Source of the DNA: Phoronis australis
Taxonomy: Eukaryota; Animalia; Phoronida
Direction of reading: 5' to 3'
Length of the DNA stretch: 64,000 bases
Assembly: GCA_002633005.1 (NCBI GenBank)
Contig: NMRA01000115.1
Coordinates: forward strand, 180,309-244,308
In this document: positions 49,801 to 63,778 of the stretch, in pieces
Layout of the letters: each line of letters begins with the position of its first letter
How positions within the stretch are numbered: the stretch's first letter is position 1
The notes under the pieces: model-generated
The model's database searches: none
Seen by the model: only the letters and a program-made list of their open reading frames with translations
Told to the model about the DNA's origin: nothing
Position numbers and translations under genes: made by a program

Positions 49801-52800
49801 GGTTAATACCTTCTTCGCAATGATTGGCCACTGCCTAGTTGGCGTCATCAAAACAAAGGCAGATTTAAATTATTTTTACAGGCGTTGTTGCTGCCATTCA
49901 TGAAGCAGAAGGCATCGTTTTGGTTATTGTTTGAAATAAAGGTGGTTGGCGTACTTATTTTCAATTTTTTATCTTTGAAATTAATCTGTTTTCGAATTTT
50001 TCATTTTTGTAATAATTTATACCTAAATTGCTGCAGTATACTGTTAGTTTTCATTTTTAAATTAAATTACCAATAAACGTATACATCTCTCGTCATCAGC
50101 CAATCGAAACGTTTGAATGATGTCTTCCAATTTTCCGATCATTTAACCAACGAGATGCCTTTTTACGCTATCTCTTTACTGTGGTCCGTCACTTAGCACG
50201 AGGAAAGAGTCCAAGAAAGCTCAATTCATCAAGCAGGCAACAAGCCCTGGTCTAATGCACACGATGTTTATTTTCAGAAATTGTCAAGTTGCTGAACGAG
50301 TGCAATGATGAAATTTTTGACGGTATACGTGGATTTGAGGTACGTCAGTTTAGAACACCACCAGCGTGCCATCAAAGATACTTACGTGCTATTTATGTAA
50401 CCACATGCAGTTGCATTTCGATCCTGTTTAGCTGTTTAAAAAGATGAACTAATGATAGAAGTGCTTTGAGTTTAAAAAACATCACACTCATTCGATTGTG
50501 AATTGATGCTAATTGGCCCTGCAACACAAATCACAGACAATGTGTTCATGCGCCATTTTTGAATACATAATTTTAAGGTTGGACAATCCCAATAAAGTCG
50601 AACGTACATGTAGTGTATTATGTCGCTGATGGTTTCGATGTTCTTGTTAGTAACGGAAATAGAACGTTTTCACGGTAAGGATATTATGAGACTAATTTTA
50701 TGTGAGTAAAAGGCCTAATTCTCGCTTTAGCCAGCTAAACGGAGTAAAACTACAGCTTTAATTACCGTTGTGTGTAAAATTGATCTCGCCGTGTTCTTAA
50801 TTCAGCTTCAAAAGTACTTTCTGGATTTGGAATAAATGGCGGTTCTTTTTTTTCTGGTTCTTTTTTTTCTTGAGACAATGCTCTGTGCAAAAATGACCCT
50901 ACAAGTCAACGTGTTGAACCTAGCCCTGCTCAAGCAATAACTGAATGTAAGTTCAAACAGTCATTTGTAGTTTGACCAAATAAAATATTTAGTCTAATTT
51001 CATAACGGTAATTGGTGTAAATCAAAACTGTTTTGACGTACATGTAAGTGAGTGGTTTTTTGCCGCTGATAGTAATGTGTTGTAGAAATGAATACTTCTT
51101 TTGGCACGTGGTTTCGCCTATCAGTTGTTATTGAAAGACATAGCGGAAGTTAATGAACGTCTGGTATTACAGAAACAATAATAAACTACACGTTTGAAAA
51201 GACATAATTAAATTCAGAAAATGGGAAAGAAAATGCAACGTTGCATACTGAAATCTCGTAGATGCAACCAGTTGTAGGTCACTCTATCAGTATTTCGGCG
51301 TTACATTGAACACGTGTAACTTAAGTTGATGTCTTTAAAACATGTCTCAGTTGTAACCTAAATCTAGCAAACGAGTTAGCTTCGTTTGAGCACAAATATC
51401 TCTATCAAGGCTAATCGAAAACCTGCAGAAATATCACTCACAGAATCAATTTTCAGGTCAATCACAGACCCGACATTATCAAACTCCTCTGTCCGCCATG
51501 TTCAAAGTCGTGTGTTCCTAGATTGTAGACAACAGAATGTACATGTAATTTAGTCTATGGTCTGTTTTACAGCGATTTTATATCGTCCACAAAATATGGT
51601 TGCTTACACTTATAATTGCCTGACTTTGTCGAGGTTGTGCATTGATCAATTGTCTTTCAGAACATATTCTGTGAGAGAATACTTCAGGTGATGGAAGAAG
51701 TTGGACAGACTGTTGTCGAAATTATGCAGGTGATTATATAGATACCCATAGAAAGAGAGGACAGTGAAAAACATTGGCAGAGGCCACACATTGAGTTTGA
51801 TTGACAATCAATGAACTGCATTCGATTTGTATTGTAATCTTGCAAAATCAGGAACACTAACTGTACATGTAGCTCGACGTGATAAGAATTGAATTTGTCT
51901 TTCACTCACGACAAATACAACGCTTTAAGATGAGGCATGTGCCATCTTAAAGCTCGTTCTACGATCTAGCGATGACGTCATGTTATATTTTGGAGACATG
52001 GAGCATATTGCGAGGGACATCTCAGTGTTTGAATGACTATCTGCAGACTACTGATGTGCATCTAAAATCAGTGAGCAATGCACGTGCATGTCCATTGCTT
52101 GGTTCTTGGAAACATTGCTGCCATTTGTTTAAAACTTACAGCAAAAAAACAAGCGGTCTGTGGAAGAGATAAGATTTTAGTTTAGACTACTTACCACTAT
52201 TAAACCTTTCCCTTGCTCAAATGAGAAGTGATTTTTGGTCTTGCACAGAAGTGATAATTCATTATTCCTTGAAATCTTTCCCAAGATTAAAATGACAAGT
52301 CGGAAAAGTTACCTTGAATAGCCTGGTTTCAAGCAGTAACGATCATTCAGCTCTTTCCAAGTGCAACAATCAAATATTTATTTTGACTTACAAACAATTT
52401 GAGACATTTTATAACGGTATGTGGTCTGAATCCAACAGTGTTTTTGCGACCTAATTAAAGCGAGTTTATAGATTGGCCGGTTTCCTATTGCTGGACGTGC
52501 GACCTCGAGAGTACCGTTTTCTCATTGTCATTTGCCAGTCACCTTGCTCAGACAACTGATTTTAATAAGTTGCTTGAGTAAGATGATTGATCTTGAAAGT
52601 TTTTATTTTAAGGCTAAAGGCGACACTAGTGCAATCGTTCTAAGTGGGTGTGGAACTTCCGGGAGGCTGGCATTCTTAATATCGGTAAGAAGTTTGTTAC
52701 AACATCCCGCCAGATGAAGTTAAGACTGTCGTACAGTTTGCATAGTTTCTTGACAGGTTTCATGAAACCTTTTATGTCTTAAATTAGACCAAAATCAGAC

Positions 52801-54856
52801 TACCAATCTGTCTTAGTCCTGTTTCATAAAAATTCCTAAGACCAAATTTAGACCGAAATCGGTCTCGGCTAAAGCCGATTATTAGGTTGCTGCCGAGTTG
52901 TCTTAAGTGGACCTTTGGTCTAAATAACCAAAATTTACTACATCTGTGGATACTATTTTGCTCAGCATCTCAATTCTGCCAAATTTCGCTCTCTCAAGAT
53001 TTTTATTAACTTCTTTTAAACATCATGTTGTTTTACCACTCATATTTTCAGAGAGCGTTCAATAAACATCTCGTAAAAGCTGGCCTGTCGCCGCGCCTCC
53101 ACTATATCATTGCAGGAGGGGACAAGTAAGGAAGTATTATCATGCTCTTATTTAATAATACCTCTCAATTACTGCAAGTAAAGAAAGGTCTCACATTTAT
53201 AAAAGACCAAAGTGATGTCGCTATTAATTCAATTATATTTTTAAGTGAAATGTATAGACGTCTATTTGAATTGGTATTTGGTGTCTGAAGACGTGTGTCA
53301 GATGTAACTTGTTTTGTGCATATTCTTTATCACAGAGCCTTGTTCACATCGCAAGAAGCTCCCGAAGATGATCCATGGCTAGGGGTAGAGGAACTAAGAA
53401 AGGTAAGCAGGTTTATCAGTTAGCTTGATCTGGCGCGAAGCAAAAGGAGCTTGAGACTGAGCGCCCTAGTGCAAGAAGGTTAGAAAATACCGAGTTTCTC
53501 ATTAAATTAACTTCAATAGAATTTAGGGCACCTACAGAAAATAGGGATCCTACCTTGTCGCGACAACACCCCACGACGTAGCGTGTGGAAACGGAGGCAA
53601 AGTGTTCTTAACGAACTTGTATTGGCTATACGTGGTGCGGAGTGACAGAACTCGGGATGGGTGGCGACCTGAGGAATTGGTGATGAACTGCAGCGCATTT
53701 TTCATGAAAGTAACTTACTGTAAGATGGAGTCTTTCGCTCCCACTTGTTTCGTGTTTATTCTCGGAGACATTGAACTCTTACTCATTAAGTTTAAAAAAT
53801 GTTCTTGATATACTTGTAGTTGTCAGGAGCGCAATATCAAATTTCGGATTTAAGACTTAAAGCACTTTTCATAAAACATTATGGTATTGTTATTCCAGAT
53901 ACAGTTATTCCTAATAACGAGGGGCACTCATAGCGGGTCAAATTTCAGGCATCGTGAAGTGTGCATTCGCCATTGCTGTCTTTCATTGAAATGAAGTCGG
54001 ACGACAATTGAACAATGAAACGCATAAACAATTGTCATTCCCGGTTGCAAAGCCTAGACGAGTCAGTCGTTTTATTTTTATGAACCAGATATATCTTTAT
54101 CTTACTTCCGTTTTCATTGACAAATGATTGCCATACAACTTCGGCGTCCGTCAACATCAACGATTGTGCGGCACTTCTATATAAGTATATAAATTGATGT
54201 ACATGTATTGGTCAAAGAATTTTGCTTTCGGATGATATGAAAGAAGATAGACCATGAGCTGACAATTTAGTAAATGTTGCAGGTGACGGTTAAAAAGACA
54301 AAGGTTTTGTACATCGGAATAACCTGCGGGTTTTCATCGGCCTTTGTGGCAGGGCAACTTCATTATTGTCTGGAACAGTCCGATGTATTCTCTCCAGTTC
54401 TCGTTGGCTTCAACCCACTTTGCCGTGCCCGAAAGAATCCCATTGAGAATTGGGACAAAACTTTCTTTCAAGGTATTTTTTTTCTGACGGGCAGATGATA
54501 CGAACATGTGAAGTGGGAGAGGGGAAGACTGGGTTGGTTGTGTAGGCTTAGCAGTAGCAGCCACAGCAAAGGCACTCGAAGTAGTAGCTACAGCAGAGAC
54601 AGTCGAAGTAGTAGCAACTGGAGCACAAGCAACAGCAGCATCAGCAACTGCAACAGCAGCAGCATTGGGTGGTGGTGGTAGGTGTGGTGGTGGCAACACT
54701 ACCGTAGCTGCACCTACAGAAGTAGCATCAATAGCAGTTGCGGGCTAGAAGTAGTAGTAATAGCAACAGTAGGCCTAGCAGGGGCATCAGCGTGTTTCAT
54801 TTCAGCCCGTATGGCGGAGAGAGGGAGGAGAGAGCAAGTTTGTGTGTGTGTGTGTT

Positions 54857-54934
<78 letters not shown>

Positions 54935-56035
54935 CTTTTATTTACATTAAATTATAATAATACAATGATTAAAATTTGATTTCAATTAGGAGGCCTTCTA
55001 AAGGTTATTGACCGCTAATAAGAAGTTCCCTGTACAAAATAAATTAATGGAAATGCAAAAATCAGTAGGAATACTTAAGAAAACAAAGTGAATTAGTGCT
55101 GAAAACGACCGACACGCCAGGAACCAAGAAGAAGACTGGCACAGCTCAGGAGATTTTGAGAAAACAATTAGATACAGTAACATATGAAGAGAGGGAGAGA
55201 CGATTGACGAATTATGACGTGGTGCTAATATTGAGGATTTTACGTTGGCCTTTTATGAACAGTTGTATTGTGATGCTTCTCTGTTTACCAACGTTTGTTT
55301 ATTCCAGTGGCAGAGATGTTGCAGGCTGCATGTCTCAACAAAAAAGGATTTCTATTAAATCCCGTTGTTGGGGTAGGTATATTCAGTTTACGATTACGTA
55401 GCATAATTTTACGTCAAGTTAGAAATGTGAGCCTTATTCAATACCAAGGGTGAATCTTCCATTACTTAATGAAAATGGAAATCTACGACGACATTTGTGT
55501 TTGAATCTTTCCTTACCCAGAATGTTTATATTCATCTATCATTTTGTTTGGAATATTTCATTTCTATTGACTAATGAGATTTCTTATCATGCATCTAATA
55601 AGCTTAACCATTATTTCAATGAAAATACATAGGGACTTAAATCAGAGACGTTGCATTATAATATCCTTGAATATATTCGAGAATTTCACTTAGAGTTCGT
55701 TCGCTGTCTTTGTCAAATCAAGCAAAGTGACTTACTTGTGTAACAACAGCATGCGAAAACGCAGACAGGTCCAACAATGAAGTGGAAAGTTGAGGAGCAC
55801 AGTTCAGTCCATATTTTGGACTGTTTCATGGAACCAGCCTCTAACATTGACAAGAACCATTTGATGTATTTTGGCCTTGATGAGCAAACTTTCATTCAGC
55901 TCAAAACTTCTTTGTCTGGTGTTATGTACAGGCAGAGCCGATAAGAGGTTCATCGAGAATGAAAGGAGGAACTGTCACAAAGATTCTTCTGGAGGCCATA
56001 TTCATTCGCGCGCTTATGACTGCATCTGGGTGCAG
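46840..56035 (+). CDS. GCKR: Glucokinase regulatory protein-like (SIS/MurQ-like), N-terminal ~258 codons in 9 exons
   Basis: Exons 46840-46912 (PFTEQSNRRTEFID), 50278-50339 (IVKLLNECNDEIF), 51661-51729, 52613-52684 (VLSGCGTSGRLAF), 53052-53125 (YIIAGGD), 53336-53402 (QEAPEDDP), 54283-54472 (IGITCGFSSAFVAGQL...VGFNP), 55308-55372 (LNPVVG), 55932-56035 (AEPIRGSSRMKGGTVTKILLE). Motif order is collinear with vertebrate GCKR as I recall it; splice phases are compatible. Confidence 0.9.
48625..48722 (-). mobile_element. 5' end of the same HINE-like family in opposite orientation
   Basis: (AAGAAT)n followed by ACTCTGCGCTTGCACGCGCAGAGTAA, a close reverse-complement match to the 60313 head. Confidence 0.55.
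54841..54931. repeat. Compound (TG)n(AG)n microsatellite, preceded by a degenerate CAG/TAG triplet tract at 54549-54780
   Basis: Direct reading; lies in GCKR intron 7. Confidence 0.92.
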
Positions 56036-56525
56036 GTAGTGTACTCTAATAACTCTTGTTGCTTTTATCGTTTTCACCTTCAAGTTGGCACCTTTTACGT
56101 GTAACCCTTAGGCGAGCTTTTGCTCACTAATGATATCGGGTGAATGCTCGCCGGATGGTTTCACGTAAAAAGTCGCACGAGACCATATCATCTCTACTTG
56201 GAAAATTCTTGTCTCCATTGCCATTAACCTGTCTGGAGCAATTTCCGGAATTTAGTTGAAGTGCGCATGCACGGCAGATGCATTTCCGGATTTAAGTTGG
56301 CGTACCCAGCTCGACCAACGGATTTTGCTGTACGTTCCTTCGCAGCACTCTCTTGTGGCCAGGGAGAAAACTTAGGTAATGACAAATTAGCGACGCATCA
56401 GCACGAGTTCACGCTTCGTTTTTATTTTCGTTGGAAATTTTAATCAATAAATAGAGCAGTGATGGAGCGGTAGTCTTATTATGAAGTGCTGTTTTACATT
56501 GGTCGGCGCTCAAAATAGCCTAATC

Positions 56526-56684
56526 TAGTGGCGGATTTAGAGAGGTCAACGGAGCCATGGCCCCCCCTAAAATTCTCTCAGATTCCATTGGTCAGTTCGG
56601 GGACCCCGTGCGAATGTCTGACGGGCGAAATCCTGGCTAATACTCTACCCTTCCCCCCAACTCAAAATCCTGGAGCCGCCCCTG
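56526..56684. mobile_element. hAT-type MITE, copy 2 (same family as 23303)
   Basis: Alignable over its length to copy 1 (GCCATG.CCCCCTAAAATTCTC..AGATTCCATT...AAATCCTGGCTAATACTCT); TAATC on both flanks. Confidence 0.78.
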
Positions 56685-57585
56685 TAATCTAACTTTATTC
56701 AGGGCACAGACTCTTAGTACTTTGAACCTAACTTGATTTTATCCTTGTTTTCGTGTTTAAGACGAACAATGAGCGAACTATGAAGCAGACCACCAATGTT
56801 CCTCAAATGTAATAAAGTGTTATCATCTGGATAAATTCTGGGGAAATTTTCACAACCACTGTTCTGTTTTAAGTTGAAGTAGCTATTTGCTTTGCAAAGA
56901 GACTTGTTTGCGTTTGCCAGTGACGAGATAGCGTCTCATGGGTAGAAATTCTCGTTTCGGTTTTTCAACCCCCAAAGTAAGAGTTTTGTGAGTGGCAATC
57001 ATCAAAAAAGCCCCTATGCATATCTTCAGTGCAAAAAAACGTAATGACGCTTCTTCAAGTCAATTTTTTTGTACAAAGACAGTTAACAATTTGCACGTAA
57101 TCTATGTTTTCTTCGCTTACGTCATTGGTTGCGTGTGGTGAGCAACAACTGAACGGGGTAGCAGACCAGCCAGTCTCCTGTCAATGAGGCAATTCGTCAA
57201 TCTTTACATTACTAGAGGCCATTCGTGTACTAGTAGTGATAGATTAAGCAGCCTCGATTTCGCAAGCCCTTTAAATACGTGGTGAAATGGCTTGCAGCCG
57301 GGACAAGTGAATCTGGGATTGCGTGAAAAGGGTGCTTCTACGAGGGGAAGTAAGCATGACTTTATACAAAGGTAAGTTTGAGACTATTTTACCTATTATT
57401 CCATGTTTACAATACTGATACCTGTTAATTGAGGTACTGGCCGATGTCGACTTCGCGGCAGTCGCCAGTCGGTTAATCATAGTTTGTTGTGATGACTGAT
57501 GTGTGCTACGATACTTGACATAGCACTCGGGATCTTTTCGTATGTCAAAACAGTATTATTAATGTTTGGAATGATTTCTAACAGG

Positions 57586-58920
57586 TTTAGCATTGACAGT
57601 TATACCTATCAATTCTGAACATTAATGCTGTCAACTCGATATCTGTTAGTGAGGTAAGACTAAAATCAAAGCCCAAAAGGAATGTGACAAATATCCATTA
57701 GACTATTTGTTTGCTCCCTATCCTATGTCCTCCGGAAATATATCGCACGTTGACATGGAAATATATCAGGTCTGTTTTCAGCTGACTTTTGGTTTTTAGG
57801 TTTGAGGGCTAGTACCGTGCAGAGGAGATATACATCGCTTCTGCAACCGTCTCTGAATGGACAAAAATTGGTTTTAAGAAGTTGACTGCAGGCAGCTAAC
57901 CAGCAAGATCTTCCTATCCAGCGCAGATTTGTTGTCAAAGCCTACTTTCTATATCGGAGACAAAGAACAAAAGCCTTTGAAAAGGGAAGCTATTTTTCAA
58001 GAAAGGTATATAAGTTGTTTTGTTTATTTATTTATTCAGGTCCTTTGCGGGAGGTTGGCATAGTGGGTTGGGGTTGTAAAATTTGGTGCAACTGAATGTG
58101 TGGAAATAACAGGTAATAATGCCCGTGGAATGAGCATGGTGAGGCAATTCTTAACCTTCATGGAGTTCTTTCACGTTTCCTGAAACTGTTTTGCTATTCT
58201 CAACAACTGAACAGTCTTAACTCATGCCTTGCCTTGAAATGTTGCAAGTCCTTTATAAATTCATATGACTGTTATTTTTGTGAAAATTGCATTTTTGATG
58301 TGAACATACGAGTGAGTCATATTTGAACATATTATTCTTACTGGAAATGTGCAAGCAGAGTTTTTAATTACTCCTAAACAACAGGAACATTATACATCAT
58401 TTGTAAGTGACCCAATCAGAAGTGTGCTTGACAGACCCATGAATCTGTAATCGGTGTTTGTAATTTGCTGAAAGTATCAAAAATCAAAAATCAAAAGGCT
58501 TGAAAATGGGTTACAAAGGTTTTAAGTTGTCTCAAATAACTTGCATATTTTTCAGACAAGTGATGCGTTTAAAGCATTGCTATGGCTAGGAATGAAAAAA
58601 TAAAGACGCATTTCTATTCAAATCCACCCTGGCTTTCTGGAAATGGTATAATTTTGTGTGAAATTGTAAAGCAGTTAACATGATATCATATATTTGAAAA
58701 ACAAGGGCAACATTTTTGATCCAATGTGACGTACTTAATTATTCATGTTTCACTATTTGTTCCAGGTTCAGTGACATTTTTAAGGCCACTTCAAGCTGCA
58801 ACATAGACAAGCTTTGTTACTCCTTTCTCACCCCACAGCATGTTGTCCACACACCAGAAGTGATGCATGGCACAATGTGCAAGCCAGTGGCTTTGGAGAA
58901 ATGTGAATCGCAGTACTAAG
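57586..58920 (+). pseudogene. Possibly decayed 3' exons of the GCKR-like gene
   Basis: Exon-shaped segments (57586-57653, 58040-58092 region, ~58556-58647) carry stops or frameshifts. The segment from 58040 reads GWHSGLGL*..(frameshift)GATECVEIT, resembling GCKR GWQTLGIIAIMDGVECIHT. Confidence 0.4.
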
Positions 58921-60312
58921 TTACCATACGAAAATGGGCCAGTGGATTCGTTTATGTGTAAAGAGGAACTATATCTGACTGCTACACCAGCCACCCTCAT
59001 TGATGAGGATGTCCTTTCATAGGCAATGAGTCATGTGTGGACAACAATGGCTTATTTCCTTTTCTGGAAGAAACATGAGGGACTGAAGCTAAAGAAGACC
59101 TAGTAACACTCTGGTCTAGTTCAGGGTCAGATTTTGTGCACAAAGCGAGTCAAGTGATATGATGTTGTGATTACCTTCAAGGATCTATTTGTGGACTTTA
59201 TTGAGGCTGATTGAGGTTACATGAAGGAAAGCCACGTGCCGAAACTGGACCTTCTTAACAAGCGCTTCTATTGCAACTCGATCCTAGCGGGTATAAATAC
59301 CTATCCTTTCTCACTGAGTGACATTAACTTATGCATTCAGAAGAAATGCTTTATACTAATGGTAAATCTTTTCAACTTGGTACGCATTATGCGGAAATGA
59401 CATTCAGTGACTGCATCGATTGTCTTATTGTCAGTAAAAAGCCCTTAATGTTACACTTTGATGATCGAATAATTTTTTTCATCAACAGGTCGGTTTGTCA
59501 CTAATTAGTCAAACCACAATATTTTTTCAGTGTTAAAGCCCCTTACAGTGCAATTGTGCTGTTTCTTTGTAAAGCTGAAGTGATAACCGATTACGCTTGC
59601 GAATTGTCATTTTCCTGTTTACCTATAGAAATGTCCGGCGATCAAAACGAAGTATTCCGTTTGATTGCATTTGGTTTGCTTACGTCTGATGCTATTTTTA
59701 GAGCTTTCTTAAGAAGGCCTTTGAACAGTTTCAACTTTTGTGTTAACTTGTCTATAACAAAAGCTCCATTTGGCAGAATCTGCTATGCACAAGATTTGAG
59801 AATAAACAATAATCAGTGTATTTAAAAACAAAATGGCAAACTGAAAAACCACATACATACAACGGAACAACATTATTTGTTAAAAGCAATTGTAATTTTC
59901 CCACTGTAAGGGCTGAATTTCTGAATTGAGCGGTTCAATTTCCTCAGGTTATTACTGAAAGACTGCTTTTCACTTTATCGAAAGGTAAAATAGACGATAT
60001 AACCGCTGGTTCCAGTCGTTTTCTCTCACCTGTTACAGAATAGTCAGAGAAATATTAGCAAATTATAAAAAATACAAGACAAAACAATTTTGTAAGGCAT
60101 AACTTACTTGACATTTCATCTTTGTGTTTATATGTACATGTAGAAACCAATAATCTTTGTACCTAAGCCTTATTTAAGAATGTGTATTTTTCATGACACC
60201 TAAAATGTGCTTCTGAACTCAACAAATAAAATTCATTTTAGGCGTCAATATTTATTCCAATGCAATGTTACGAATTAACTATCAGAATAGCTCATTCATG
60301 TTAATTGGGTAA

Positions 60313-61610
60313 TTACTCTGCGCGTGTAAGCGCAGAGTACTGTTGTTACTGGGTTTTCTTCAATTTTATTACTCTTCGCGTGTAAGCGCAGAGTATTGTT
60401 GTTCCTGGGTTTTCTTCAATTTTATTCTTATTCTTCTTATTATTCTCCTTCTTCTTCTTCTTCTTATTCTTCTTCCGTCCAACTTTGAGGCTTAAAAACT
60501 GCAAATTGGGTGCAGGTACGGTTATTAAATTCAGCATATGACTTTTGACAGTATATAAATTTTGATTGGTTATATAATCATATTCCAAATTGCACAGGGA
60601 GAGGTCGTTTGGTGCAAAGGTCATATAATTTTCAAAATGCTACTCCTCCTTCAGTTTTAAAGCTATCTTTTACAAATTCGGTGCACAGGTATAAGTCAAT
60701 ATGAAAATTTAAAAAAATACTTTTCTAAGTAATCGGATCATCCAATCAGGTGAAATAGGTCAAAGGTCATTAGGTGCAAACTAAAATTTTGAGCTAGACA
60801 CTTCAAATTGACAGGATTGATTGCCACAGGTAAATCAAATCGGAGTCCAAAGTTTCAGGTCATTTAGTGCAAACATGGGATCATTAGGTGCATTTTTCTT
60901 CTGAAAATTTGATCTTTTCAATCGGCAAGTAGTCTGATGTGTCAACCGTTAGACAACTGTGATTCTCAGCGTTAAACACATTTTCCATGGGCTTTGCAAT
61001 AATTTTCCTAAAGATGCTTAAAATGCACCCGATAAGGTCAATTAGTGCAAAGGTCATGTAACGTTCAAAATGTTATATCTCTTACGATTTTCAAGGAATT
61101 CTTTTCAATTTCAGCACACTGGTGTAAGTCAACATGCCAAGTGAAAACCCTATTTACGTTCGCATTAGGCCTAACCAATCAGAAAAAATAGGTCAAAGGT
61201 CATTGAGTGTAAACTAAAATTTTGAGCTAGAGACTTCAGAATTACGTATCTGTTTACTAAGTGCGATTGAGTTTGAATTCTAAATTTTCAGATCATTTGG
61301 TGCATCCTTGGGGTGATTACATGTAGGTGCATTTTTCTTCTGAAAGTTTGACCACTTCATTATCTTGTATTCTGAAGTGCTTAAAGTAAAACATCTGTGA
61401 TTATTAGCATTAACCACACTTTTAATCGAGTTAACAGTTACTCCCTCATCGGGGCTCATAATGCACCGGAAGAGGTCAATTAGTGGAAAGGTCATCAAAA
61501 AATTAATGTGTAATTTCTCGTACACTTTTAAAGAATTCCTTTTCATATTGGTAAACGGGTTGCTGTCAGTAACTTCCCATAATAATTCCAGTAATACGCA
61601 CGCGCAGAGT
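60313..61610 (+). mobile_element. Helentron/HINE-like non-autonomous element with ~433-bp internal tandem units
   Basis: 5' hairpin TACTCTGCGC-GTGTAA-GCGCAGAGTA (duplicated), (TTC/TTA)n microsatellite, about 2.3 internal repeats (60601, 61034, 61472), 3' CACGCGCAGAGT. Confidence 0.6.
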
Positions 61611-62734
61611 CCGTTATTGTCACGCCGTGACAATAATCTTTCTAGTTATAATGTGGTATTCCTGGGGGTGGGGTCCGCTATAAAATAAGGAAACTCACTC
61701 ATCTAGAGAATTTTATTGGACATAGCATAGTTTTGTAAAGTAACTGCTGTGAAAAGTTGACTTCTGAGTGGCACGTCCCATACACCTCTTATATTGGGAG
61801 CACTCCCACCCAGGACAATATGTAGGTATGTGCTGCTAGCCTACCATCCGGGTGCCGGGTGAGTTTCTGAAGACAAACACTTAGTTCCGTTATTCAGTGG
61901 GTTAACTGTGGCGATAACATCGCTGAGTGATGACCATAGAAACTTAAGTGCTAACAACTTACCAAGTAACGTGATTATGTAGTCTCTGCATAGTGCACAC
62001 ACACGGGGCGTGAGGCTTCGGCTTCCACACACTTTTTGTCACTTGGTTGACCTTTTTACCGCAATTCTCCACGTTTGCAGTAACCTTAGGTCTTTTGGGA
62101 ATTTTTTACCACCTGTCGAATATTTTCACCCGGGAAAATAGCAATAATAAGGCTTAGCGCGACGACCTATTTTGACAATTCCGTCTTTTTACCAGCTGTT
62201 TACATGCAGACAGCGACGCATGAGCAATTCAACTTCCACTAGTACAGCAGCGACACCGCGTCGAATAGCCCCATTACAAACAATAGGATGGCGAGCGGTT
62301 TTGTGCCGTTTTATTTTAACTTAAAACAATTACATTCGTTTTGTAAAATAGACTGTGTTCGGCTCTTCGCCTACTAAACTTACATCTCGCTAAAGTTGCT
62401 TGCCATATTAAAGGCGAAGGCAACCTTTTTTCATGTCAGTTTTAGCAACAATAAGGTTCATTGATTATCCCAGACACATTTTTTTTACTTATTTACTGCT
62501 TTTCGTAATTTAATTAATTACTCGTCGTCTACTCCGGAAGTGACGTTCTGGGAGGCAAGAATTTCGCTCCAATTTTTTTTTTCATATAGTCCGACTGTGA
62601 GAGCGGTCGAGTCTGTCATTATTCTACCTCGGTTGTGACAAGTTCGGTCGTCGTTTGCTTTTGCTTACGAGTCCGTCAACAAGCCACGCTGTTGCTGCGT
62701 TCTGTAATGTACTCATTATCGTCTCACGGACAGA

Positions 62735-62850
62735 GGAAGAACTGCCCCACTTGCCCGAGTGTCCCGCGACACACTCCCACTGGAGGGTGATCTGAGCACC
62801 CAAACTACTTACATCCCGCCGTGTGACTCCCTCGCCACACACCTGGCACC
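62735..62850 (-). mobile_element. Possible zinc-ribbon fragment of a Mutator-like transposase
   Basis: CQVC-x19-C-VAGH-SGKW-GSS resembles the CxxC...CxxGH...WxS motif of invertebrate MULE-related ORFs; no catalytic core seen. Confidence 0.35.
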
Positions 62851-63778
62851 ATTTAAGAGACAGTCCACATAAAAACCAGTAGATTTTCAAAAATCAGTCT
62901 ATACGTCAAAATTTAAGACAACTTCATTTTTGTACATGGGTAGGTATCCTAACATTAATCCAAATGCCATATTCTGTGCACTCAATGACCCTTAATTTCG
63001 CCGCTGGAGCATGATAACACAAATTAGTACAATTGGGCATATTAGCCGTCTCAAAAATCGCATGTTTTCAGCAAGAAAAATGCGTAACATACAAAATAGA
63101 TCAAAAGCTATATTTTGGTGGCTGAAATAACCAACGTATACTGTGCATAATTCTGTGCCATTTATTAAAATCTGACAGTTTTGTGCTAGACAGGGGAGAT
63201 AATCCACAGACCACTTTTTGGGGCTAATTTTAGTGGCCATTTTTGTGACCTTACTGCCATAAAACAATTTGTAGCCTTATGTGACGTTTTGAACATACAC
63301 TTAAAGAGTAAATCTTGATGACTGAGCAATAAAAAATCTTGCCTCAACTTTGCACTTAAGTGAAAATTGTCTAGCAAAACTGTCTATTTTCATAGTTTGG
63401 AAATGACGAGCAGAGTTTACACACCATTTGAACAAACTTTTAGGCAAGAAGTCTGCTTTAAATAGTTATAGAAACCAAGTCTAAATTCTTTCAAATGAAA
63501 ACAAGATGTTTTCCGGGTTTATTACGCGACTAGTATCAAAAATGAACCCGATGACTTTTGCCCACTGAGGGAGTCAGTTGAGGTTAAGCTTGGGGATATA
63601 TAAAATATGTACGTGTAACCCTCTTGTATTCTTTCATTTCTTTTACATTATCAAGTTAATTCAAACACTCTGTAGAACTTTTAAACGGAAATAAATGCCT
63701 TTAAGATTAAACGAGAGTAAGAATTGATATTTGTAATGACTGGTTTTGAGAGAAGCAAGTGCATTTTAAAAAGACAAA

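Noticed and set aside
54334-54957. Ala/Pro-rich and CVCV/ERER ORFs
   Set aside because: Translations of triplet and dinucleotide microsatellites in a GCKR intron.
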